Assembly: GCA_905178155.1 (NCBI GenBank)
Contig: CAJINV010000004.1
Coordinates: forward strand, 5,620,828-5,684,827
DNA: 64,000 nt
Origin: Amoebophrya sp. A120
Lineage: Eukaryota > Protista > Dinoflagellata
Reading direction: 5' to 3'
In this document: piece by piece, positions 24,508 to 35,700 of the stretch
Position numbering within the stretch: the first letter of the stretch is position 1
How the letters are laid out: each line of letters starts with the position of its first letter
Notes under the pieces: model-generated
Seen by the model: only the letters and a program-made list of their open reading frames with translations
Database searches by the model: none
What the model was told of the DNA's origin: nothing
Program-made: the position numbers and the translations under genes

Positions 24508-26632
24508 GAGTTTGTCCAACAATAGTCGAGACGTTACCCAGGTAACGTAGGGGGTGGGGGGGTATGCATGCATGCTCTGTGGACGTTACTCAAGTCGGCG
24601 CCAAGATAGAACATGCGTCGGGTGGTCGCCCCAATCCCGTCACACATCTCGTCTTCACCATGTCGCCGACCGCCCTCGCCGCACAGCGGGCTGCCAACTG
24701 GATATTCATTCGGCCCGGCCTGGATCTGGGCCACACTTGCGTTAGTGTAGTCGCGTAAAACGTGGGCCGGGCTGCGCTCCTCGCTTGCAGAGGAGATTTC
24801 GCCAGTGGCCCAGCAAGCAGAGCCGCGCAGAGCTAGTTCGAAGCAAGGCGGGCCGCGCGCAAGGCGCTCCGAAAAAATTTGTTCCGGAACGAAAGCCCCA
24901 ATAACAGAGGCAGCAACGCGCCACGCGAAGAAACTTCGCACCGCCCCACAGGCAAAGGGGGCAACATGTGCCGGGGCCGAGCCCTGTGGGCAGGGGATTT
25001 GATTTCGCGCGCCCGAGACGCGCAGAAAGTTAAAACTTGAAAACGCGGCAGATAGAGGAGGCAAGAACTGCGCGCAGGTGCGGCGCGAAGAAAATTTTTC
25101 CTACCCCCCCTCCAGGGAACGAAGGGGGCGCGCGCGAACAAATTTTTTTCCGATTGCCCCGCCCCGTCGCGGGCAGTGGCAAAAGCAGCCGCCACGAGGA
25201 GGGCGCCTGCGCTACTTCGCAGACAATGAATGACGCGGCCGCTCGAAGCGCGCGGACAAATTCCCAAGCCCCTTCTGGAGGTAGACAAAAAAGCTCTGCG
25301 CGCGCAGCGCGACAAGAAAACTCGCAACGCCCTGCAGGCAGGAGATAACGCTCCGCGGTCGCCACGCGCGCACAAAAACCCCAAACCCAAAGCCCGGCCG
25401 GCAGGAAAAATGACCGCGCGCGCGTTTCCCGCGAAGAGGAGAGAGGCAGCGCGCGCCGGCGCGGTTGGGCTCTCTATCGCCTGAGGCCCACCAGAAGGAG
25501 GCAGCGGCAACACACAACACAGCCAGCGCGCGCAGCGCGCGGAGAAAATTCTTCGTTCCTTCCACCGACCCTGCCGGCAGAGGCGACCAAGCAAAACAGT
25601 GCGCGCAGGCCAGGGGCAAAATCCGCCACACCCTTCAAGCACACCAGGCAACAGCTTTGATATTCGCTCGGTGCGTGGGTTCGAGTGAAAGAAATTCGCG
25701 AGGCCCTGGCCCCCGCCGGAGGTGCGTACGCGATCGATGGGCCAAGCAAACGCCTGGCTCTACCTAGCGCTTACGACTAGCCGGCAAACAGTAAACAAAT
25801 GGCGGGGGCCCAAGGGCGCGCGCAGCGCGCGCGAAAAATTTTCTGTGATTCAGGGCGCGGACTTGAAGCACGCCCAAAGGGCGCGGACTTGAAGCACGCC
25901 CGCCCGGCGCGCGCGGCGCACGATGGAAGTTGTCTGCAATAAATATGCGCGGGGGGCGCACGCGGAAAGGAGTTCGGCTGCAATGCCCGCCGCGAATGGG
26001 GGCAGAGCAAGGAAGGGCGAGGGTGCGTGCAGCGCTTGGGAAATATTCGCGCGGAACTGGGTGGGGCGAGGGGGGGCTCGCCCTGCCTGCTGCGCCTCGC
26101 GGCGAAATTGATATGAGGGCGCGCGGCGCGGGCGCGCGCGGGGGCAAGTCAGGAAGCCCCCCTCTTGTGCTGAAAAATGGCAGCAGAGCCGTATCGCCCG
26201 CAGGGGGATTGAAAACGTGACGGCGCGCGCAGCGCGAAGTGAAAAACTCCGCAACCTCCGACGCGCGGCGCCACTTGAATAAACACCTGCGCTACCCGCC
26301 ACGCAGCGGCAAGGCAGGGAAATACGAAAGCGCGCGCAGCGCGCCAAATTTTTTTTGTTGTCGCGCTTCGTGCGCGCGATACGAAAAGGAATTCGCAGCG
26401 CGTATAAATACTGGCCCGGCCCGAACAGAATGGCGCCACACAGGGCGCGCAGCGATTGTTTGTCAGCGTTTTACATTGGTGGGGCCGACCCGTATACCGC
26501 CTACCCGTGCTGCTACTCGACTATATAAATTCCCTCTTGGCGTGGGCCGAGTAACGGGGGGGTGGGTGGGCATGCATGCATAATTTCGTCGACGTTACCT
26601 GGGTAACGTCTCGGCTTTTGTTGGACAGACTC
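24508..26632. mobile_element. Non-autonomous DNA transposon, PIF/Harbinger-like (TTA TSD), 2.1 kb
   Basis: ~41-bp TIR gagtYtgtccaacaaWagYcgagacgttacccaggtaacgt. tta at 24505-24507 and 26633-26635. GCGCGC-rich interior with no transposase ORF. Confidence 0.85.
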
Positions 26633-27264
26633 TTAAACTTTAATCGTCGCGGCCAATCATTTCTGTTTGTAGCAGTGCCATCTCAAAAGCACCAGATGCA
26701 TATCGTCCCCGCAAGGAAATGCGGTCAATAAAAATTCGGTTTTTTTTTCGCGGATTTGTGTCCTGGATCAAAGTAAAAGTCCATCAACCAAAAGTTTGAT
26801 AAACCTGCGTTTGACACCCACGACGAAGTCGGAAGCTGAAAACGTTTACAGTGGAGTAGTACAACAAGAATGCTCCAAAACAAGTTTCAGAAATTACGAG
26901 TTCAATTTGTATTCTCATAATTTTATCAAAGACCGACCATTGTCGGCAACAGAGTTCATCTTTTCAACGGGGAAAAAAAATTTGATCGTAGTATATGGTC
27001 CTGCTCCGTGATAATTTCATATGTAAGTACTTAAAGACTGAACCACAAGGACCGCAGGTATATTTTCTCTGTTGTACAAGGAGCGGGGATTTTTTTTAGG
27101 ACTTCGAACGTGTTGTTTGAAAAAGAGTACATTACGGTGACTGCACAACGAAGAGCAACTCTCAGGATAGACATTGGAATTGCCCTTGACCATGATCCAG
27201 GCCCGATTATCAACATTTTTTTTTATCAAACTATTAATATATTTATATATGGAAGAAAACGGGG

Positions 27265-28580
27265 CTGGAGAGGTTCCGGTAGAGGTTGGGGAGAGGTTTC
27301 GTAGAGGTAAAATAGAGGTTGGGAGAGCTAAAGTAGAGGGTCGGCCAAAATGAGAGGGTCGGGGAGAGGTAAAACGAGAGGTAACGGAGAGGGTCGGGAG
27401 AGGGTGAGCCGTATAGACGCCCTTAAAGCGCGGCTATACGCGCGCAGAGGTAGGGTAGAGGTTGGGGAGAGGTCAAGTAGAGGGTAGGGGAAGAGGGTGT
27501 AGAGGGTCGGAGAGGGTGCGTAGTATAGGGCGACCCTCTAGTTAGGGCGGAAAAATCGGCAAATATCATCATTTTTGCAAGCGCACTTGTTTGGGGGGTA
27601 AAAATAGGTTTTTTGTTGGGGGCGCAACATCTTGGAAGCCGACACGCCTCGCGTGTCCCTTCATCTTTTCCACAGGAAACATGATAGCTGAGCTTTGGAG
27701 ATGCCGCAACACAAAGACCAGAAGCACGCCACAGTGCCTTCGTTCTGTGCGTTGTCGCCCAGATGGCCGGACGCTGTGTCGTGGACCCGCTCTTCGAACA
27801 GTGGCCGGGCCGCCTCCCTGACCGGGGCTCGACGAGGCCCTTCGCCCGGAGAAGGAGGCCCGGCCAGGGGGGGTGGTCAGGGGGGTGCATTTTTGCCCCT
27901 CCCGGACACCCCTTCCGGGCACCCCCTTCAGGCAGCTTTGGGGTAGCCTATGCCGACCCCCTAATCCCCATTGGAAACTGCCGATTTTGCGTGCCCAAAA
28001 AAGGTAGCCCAGAGGCAGCCCAAGCCGACCCCCTTACCCCCCCCCTTCGGCGCCCCCCCGGAAGCACTCGACTGCCGGCGCGTCCGCCTTCTCCATATCC
28101 GGTCGGAGGGGGGGGATGAGAAGATATGTGAGCGCGTCCGGAATTGAATGCGGGACATGGGGCGCGGCATCCCGCGCCAGAGGGCCGCAGGCGGGTGGAG
28201 CTTCAAGAAAGTGCGGCGGTTTTATTGGAAAAAGGGGAGGGCCGGATGGCGGACCGTAACACCGAAGTGCGGCGCCAACATCTAAATGGCCAACAGGAAA
28301 AAAAGCAGTAGCTACACCCCCAACAGCCAGAATTTTTTTACCCCCCCAAAAAGCGCGCTTGCAAAAATGATGATATTTGCCGATTTTTCCGCCCTAATCT
28401 AGGCGACCCTCTACCCCGACCCTCTCCGGGAACCTTTATTTTACCTCTCGGCGGACCCTCTCGGGACCTCTCCGACCCTCTCCAGGACCCTCTTCGGGAC
28501 CCTCTCCTGGACCCTCTCTGAACCTCTCCCGGACCCTCTCCCCGACCCTCTCCGGGACCCTCTCCCGGACCCTCTCGCAG
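27265..28580. repeat. Foldback-like inverted minisatellite arms (AGAGG(G)T repeats left, ACCCTCT repeats right), split by a TIR element
   Basis: The purine-rich units at ~27265-27520 are reverse complements of the units at ~28403-28580. Confidence 0.7.
27542..28397. mobile_element. 856-bp non-autonomous TIR element with TTAGGG termini and 5-bp TSD
   Basis: Perfect 43-bp TIR ttagggcggaaaaatcggcaaatatcatcatttttgcaagcgc, extending imperfectly further. TSD tctag at 27537-27541 and 28398-28402. Confidence 0.88.
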
Positions 28581-29726
28581 ACCACCTCCAGGAGCACAGC
28601 CTGCCCACTTGTCTGCGCGCGGCGCCCCCTAAAGAAGCTCGCTAGGGCGCAGCGACCGGCTGGCACTGTTTTCGCTTTCAGATCAGAGCGGCCGTTCAAA
28701 GTGCGTGCGCCGCTCTGCGTCCCCCAGAGGGGGCGCGGCGCCCCGCCTTAACCTGGTCGGCCACCTAGGGTGGCCACAACTTCTTTCCCACAACGCCCGC
28801 GCGCGCTGGCAGCAGGTGCGTCGCCCTTGTGGCGTCTTGAACGTTGGCGCCCGGAAATAGTTTCCTGCGCGCATTTTCCCACGGCGCGCAGCTACTAAGG
28901 CCGGGCATGGTGCCCGCCCATGACGAAACATGGGCCGGGCTTTTTTTTTTTGGTTGTGTAGCGGCGCGCAGCGATTCAATGCTGGCGCCACCTTTCCCAC
29001 CGGAACACCTCCACCGAACAGCCCACTCCCCGGCGGCCTTCGCCGGGGGGTAGCTGGTTACTTTATCATAAGTAAAAACCATATCAAAACATAAGCAGTA
29101 GGGATAACCTGTTTGATATCAGTTCTTTAAGTTTGCAAAGCACAGAAAGTTGTTCTTTTTGTTCGCATAAGCTGGTCCGGATTCAGTTCCAGATTCAGCT
29201 CAATAAAAGACACAAAATATTTTGATTTTTTAATTATACTATACTCACATACTAGGTCGATTGCTCTTGTTGACACCTCCTCTTGGATCTCTGTGTAGTA
29301 TTGTCAACTATGGTATCCTTGACGCCGCAGCAGCAGTACCAGTTGTTGGTGAAACGGAAAGATATCTTCAACGAAGATTTTGCTTGTAATGCCTTTGCCT
29401 TGCTGCGAAAGCAAAATTGCTTTGAAGTTTCCCCTGTGAAAAATTGGGATTGCTGTCTATACTTGTTAGCAGGATGCAAGATTATATGGCGCAGCCCTAA
29501 ATCTTCACTACCAGCACCTTCTGCTACAAAGGGAATAATATTCCCTACTCCCGTTGTAGCAGAAGCACGTCCCACCTTCCCCTCCTGCCAGCACCACAAC
29601 GAACGAACACTCTCTCCACGAGGATGCTGACACCTGTCGTTCTTGCGAAGAAGTTTTGATACAGCACTTTTACGAGAGCACCATGGGAGGTCGTCGTTCA
29701 ATTATCGCATGGGTCCTCGTCGTCGT

Positions 29727-32700
29727 TCAATGATCGCCGTAGTGCAGGTGATCGTCCGAGCCGTGCGCCTCGAAGTATGGAGCTCTCAAATGTAGTTACA
29801 TTCTCAACTGTTACATGATTTGTCATGCAAAATTGCCATCAGCCTCCACTTGATCAAGGTGCTCAGCATGACAAAGTTTCGAAGGGCTAAACAGCATGAT
29901 ACTCCGTCCCAAATTTGTAATGCAAAACGCGCAATCCTCCCGCTTTCACTTTTGCTGTTCTTGCATCACAGATTCGTGTAACAGTTGAGAATGTAACGTT
30001 TGAGAGCGCCATACCAAGACCATGGGTTGCACGTCGCGGGAGGTCATGTTTCCGTGTCGGTCCATGCAGGACGGGAAGTGGTGCGATTGCTCCGCGGACC
30101 GGGGGCTGTCCAATTTCGGCGTGTACTCGTAGCCTTGGAAGGTAGTGCCGTTGTCCTCGGAGTCCGAGTCGCTGTTGTTCGGGTCCATGCGGACAAACTC
30201 CTCGTCAAAAAACCTGATAATTTGGATACTCACGATCTTTATTCGCATTCGGCGGAATGAAAGGAAGTGAGCTTTCAAATCATGTTCGTAAGCCATGATA
30301 ACAATAACTCAGTGGCGACATTATACCGCATGTCCAGAGCGTGCTCGAGCTGGATCTGCGGAGCAAACGGCGGCATGATCCTCCTCTGCAAAACCGCTCG
30401 CCAGTCCATACCGTCAAAAAACATGTGCTCCATAACCTCAAAGTTGGTTCAGAGTGCTGGAAATAAAAACCCTTCGACATCAAGTCGCACATCTCTCATC
30501 TGACGATGCATGCGGAGCGACGAGTTGTATGAAATACAAACAATAGTAGAACAGCAACAGCAAATGCAAACTACTATATTTCTTCGCATGAGTCAAAGCA
30601 CTAAAAATTCTACGATTTTAGGATTCAGGCACCTCCATTCCGTCCCGTTGGCTGGCTCCCAGGCGCCGGGAGGTATCTCGGTTTAACAACTTGCGCAGAA
30701 TATCCTGGGCCATCGGGCTAATGTAGTCGGGCACGATCAATGGCGCCGTGCGGATGTTCTCGAACAGCGCTTTGCGATCTTTGCTGTAGAACGGCGGGAG
30801 CCCGGTGAGCATTTCGTACATCAAGGCGCCAAGAGAGTACCTTGTTTTTTGAGGAAGCACAATATAGTTGCAGATGTAGTCATGGAAATTTCTATCGCGT
30901 AAGTAAAACCACGATCGACATATCCGGACGTGTAGATGTTGAAGTAGAGAAGTACTTCAAACGAGTATCATGCCTACTTCCAACAAGCCGATGCTTCCAG
31001 TACTAGTATAGACTCACCAGTCCACCGCCTTGCCGTGGCCGAGCTTGTTCAAAATTTCTGGGGCCAGGTACTCCGGTGTGCCGCACATCGATTTCGCCGA
31101 GTAGTTGTCCGGCACGCCCTCCTTCGAAAGACCAAAATCCGTGAGTTTCACGTGGCCCTCCCCGTCCAGCAGAACGTTCTCCGGCTTCAAATCGCGGTAG
31201 ATGATGTTTAAAGAGTGCAAGTAGTGCAGCGCCAACAGAATCTCACCACTGTAGAACTTGCACTTCTCCTGTCCGAACTTCTTGGCGCGGGTCAGGTGGT
31301 AAAACAATTCGCCACCTGGAAGTGTAGTTGTTGTGTGCATTTCTATATTCGGGATCGGGTAGTAGTAGTACTCATTGCGGGCGGACATGCTCAAAACGTC
31401 GAGGGGATAATAAAGTCCTAAATCCTAAAACCCTACTCTTAATGCCGTGAAGGGCAGAAATGTTCGGAAGGGCAAGAATATGAGAGCGACTCAGCGACTC
31501 AAACCCAAGCGATTCAAAATTTTTTTTTCAACTAAAACGCATTCCATCAACTGCCCCCAAAACGTCCCCGGATTCAGCGTCGCGCAGAGCAGTTTCAGGT
31601 AAGTGGCGGAGATGTCGGCCCGGCTCATGGAAGTAAAATATGTAGGCCGACGTCAACTTGAGCTATCTACATTGGCTGTTCTTGGAGATCATTTTTTTCC
31701 TCCAAATACAGATACACAGCTACCTTCTTTGAAATGAGTCTTCGCCATGTGTCTGGAAAGGTAAGGCGGCAGCAGAAATCACTTCCGTATTTGGCGCGCT
31801 TCCGGCTCTTAAACAAAAAGGGGGCCACCTGCGTGGTGTGGTTTTTGCTGCTTTTTGTAATCACCCAAACGACGCGCAAAAGACTACGAAAGAGGCCAGC
31901 GTGGCCGGTCTCAACTTGAGGAAGCAGCTACTTGCCATTTTATACAGGCTTGAAAGCAGGGGATGAAGTCAGCGCGTGAAGCCATGAAATGATCGGAAAA
32001 ACAAGACGCAACAGCGCCGCCAAGTTGTGCACCGGGAAAAACGCGCGTCAGCCATGTGAAGGGCAGCCGACAGGTCAAGCGCAGCGCCCGAGCTACAGCA
32101 GGCGTTGATCTCTATTCAAGTCAGTGGGGCAGCATTCGCCGGCGCGAAGCACCGGCCCCCGCAGAAGCGGGCATGGCCTCACGAAGCGACTGCAATCCGG
32201 CGTTTGAAGTTGGTTCGAAAAATCCAATCCGCCGTTTGAAGTTGGTCCGAAAAATCCAATCCGCCGTTTGAAGTTGGTCCGAGAAATCCAATCCGGCGTT
32301 TGAAGTTGGCCGGACAAACCTAAGTCCGCGACCTCAACCAAATTCAGTCCAAAAAAGTCAGGGCCTGGATTCTAAGATGGCGGACTTTTTTGAACTGTTT
32401 TCGGATTGATCTGGATTGCAGCCGGATGGCCTGTCGGACTGAATTGGGTTGCCTGCCTTCGCAATGCTGGTCGTCGGCTGCTAGAAAGAGCAACCGCCGC
32501 CACCTGCTCTCGCTCGGCGCTCCAATGGCAGCCACCAAGCGCGTCGGCTCTTGCGCCTTTGCAGGGGCGGAGGGTCGCAGGATTAGGCTTCTCCGACTGC
32601 GCTTTCCGCCTGCAGCAGCAGCAATAAGACCAAGCGCAGAAGCCAGGGAGGGCTGGCTTGGACGTTCGCAAGGCACTACTTGCCGCCCCTCCCTCGGTGG

Positions 32701-35700
32701 TCCGCCTGACGCCAAAAGCTGGCGCGCATTTATATGGCGCAGGAGAAAGGGCTCTGCTGTGCCTTGATTGTGCTGTCGCTCACTAGCCCACCCTGGACGG
32801 AGCGGCGCTCGCCCTCATGGCTAAGCATCGCGAAAATGAACCGCGTTAACAATGCGGCCGCCATCATTTTTCTGCTTCCTTGTAGCTAGCCTCGCCCTAT
32901 TTGGCGCCAGGGCGCGTCTATACATGGCCCAAGTCGTCAGCGCACAACTACGGCGGGCCACATGCCAAGCTGGAGACTGATTCGCAACGCGCGCGCGGGT
33001 TTTCGTCTTTCCTTTTATCGAAGAAGAGCATCGCGCGCCCTCCCAAGAAACAGGCATTTGTATGGCAAGAGTGCGTCCCTCCCCTGTTAAACCAAATGAA
33101 GCTAAAAGCACTGCTCTGCCAGCTCACGACCCACTTCTCCCCAGAAGAAAGGGGGCGAGTTCTTCATTTTTCAAAATGTTTGAAATCAGTTTGAAGTTGT
33201 TTTGAATTCATTTTTAGACCGGGCTCGTTTGCGTTAAAAAACCCTACTCTTAATGCCGTGAAGGACAGAAATGTTCGGAAGGGCAAGAAATCGTGCCTGA
33301 AGGGGCTGGGCGAAGCAGGCCGGGCCTAGCTTCCGTAGCGGGGAACGGCCCACTCCGCCACCACCTGGCCCCCAGGGCAAGACCCCCCAGAACCCCACCT
33401 CCGGTGGTTGAATGGGGGGAACAGCGCCAGCCCCAGCCCCAGCCCCACTTGCCCCCAAGGGAAGACAGGCAACCGACCGAATCCAACCCGCAGAAAAAAG
33501 AAAGTACCCGAAAAAGAAAAGCCTTCCCACAGAAGGAGGCCACTCTACTCGCGCACTAGCGCGCGCCCTGTAAGCAATCTCCGACAACCCGTGCGAAAGG
33601 TCCTACGCCCTCCCCGTTGACCAAGTGATATAGACAACCTCCCACATCATGGCGAGTTCCGGCACAGCCGCGCGCCAGCCACAATAAAAACCTCTGAGGA
33701 TCCGCCAAGCAATAGACAACTACATGCTGTGGTTCCCAAGACCAAAATCCTGAACAATTTTTTGCGTTGAAAGCGCCGGCCCGGTGCCCCCGCGCAGCGA
33801 AACTCAACGTGTAAAACAGACACAGCCGGGCAACAAAACACAGTTGTAGATACAGCGAAGTGGTAAGTCAGCCCAACCGCCAAAAGCCAGAATATTACTC
33901 CACAAAGCTCCCGTAGGTGGCAGAAACTCCAGTCCCCTCTAGGGAAACCCGGCCTGGGCGGAGAATGACAAATGAAGGAGAGGCGAAACCGGCGCCAAGC
34001 CGCGGGCCGGGGTTGCGGCAAAGGACAAGGGAAAAAGCAAAAACAGGAGCAAACCGAGAGAGACGTGGCAGGCGCTACCGGCACGAGCAAGACACACGGC
34101 GTCCTTGTGAGGCGGACGGAGCAAGTATCTACTTCTTTACCTAAACCCAAAGCCCGGCGGGCGGTGGCACGACAAAGCCCCAGCATGAATGTAGAACCTC
34201 AGAGGAGATGGCGTAGACTCAAGAGGAGCACGGTAAAGCACGGGAGCGCGTCCCGTCCCGAAGAGCAGAACAAAACCGGACTCCCGAAGACACCGGAAAA
34301 ACTGACAGCGATTGACCAAGGCGGCACAGAGGGCGACGTCACGCGCGACGCAAACTATCCCCCGCTGGGAGAGGCCCTCACTGGCATTGCCCTCAAAAAT
34401 GGCCCGACACTACCGCAAACTTCCCCCCGCTGGGGGAGGCCCTCACTGGCCCTGTGCTAGGAAAAGAAATGAATCCTTCACAATCGTAGCGAAATCCCAA
34501 AACGCAAACGGCAGACGCCGTCTGCGTTGGCTCCTTCCAACGACCCCACTCAAAGGGGCGGAAGACCAACAACCACAGGCATTAGCTTCTAGGGATCTGC
34601 CAGCCCATATACAAACAGTCACCGGGGAATACTCCCTCCAGTCACTCCTCGAAAATGATCTACCGGGGTAGATATGTCATTCTTAATGCCGTGAAGGGCA
34701 GAAATGTTCGGAAGGGCAAGAGATCGTGCGCGAAGAAACAGCGAGGGCCACATGCTGGACAAGTATCCCACGAAAAAAGTGTTACAGTTACACATTTGTA
34801 GTCAATTCAGCAACACAAATTTCTCTGCATGAGAGAGAAAACTTGTAATGCAGAAATCCTACGGGAAAACAGAAACACCTATTAAACGAGGCCGCTATGC
34901 ATATCCGGCATGACAGAGCTTGTCTGTCTTGCTTGGCCTGCAACACAATGTGTAACTGTAACACTTTTTTTTTGCGATAACAAGCTCACGACGTACAATA
35001 GCTTCACTGAGTATATCAACAAGTGCGATGTCACATTCACATCACATGTAAATCCAAAATACCGCAACAGTATTCCATCACGGTGTAGAGCTTCCGCTTG
35101 GTCTGGAACGCGTGGTGCAACTTGATGATAAAGGGGTGGGAAATCAACTCCAGCACGTTGCGCTCGGTGCGCGTGTGCTCGACCTGGCGGCGCTGGATCA
35201 CGTTGTTTTTGGACAAAACCTTCACCGCGTACAGCTTGCTGACGCTATTACTTCCCCCTCCATGTTGCTGCTGCGCTCCACCTGTGCCACTCGTCCACTG
35301 GTCCCGCTTCGACCCGCTCTTTCCCGGCTATGACAGTGCACAACTCCCCCTCCCCCTCATATGTCATGCAAAAACCCAAATCCAGTTGCTACCTTGTGGC
35401 ACCGCGTGCATGACAAATTCCGGAAATAATGCAAACAGTACTACACTCGGCGCATGAACTTGTCATGCACAGGGGCCACCTGTACTGGTGTTTGTAATGC
35501 TGCTGATGCAACAACAATACAAATGAAGGGGAGGGGGAGTTGTGCACTCTCATACCGGCCCCAGCTGCAGACTGTCCGGGTTTTTCACCTGGCACACGAT
35601 ATGGGAGTGTCAGGATTGAAATCGTCAAAGTTGAAATAGTTTGTCATGCATAAAAGCGATACCAGTTGGAAGCCCACTTTCCAAGCGGCGCATGACAAAT

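Noticed and set aside
31428-34722. CRISPR-like reading of the three 41-bp repeats
   Set aside because: Spacers are 1.4-1.8 kb, there are no cas genes, and the context is eukaryotic.
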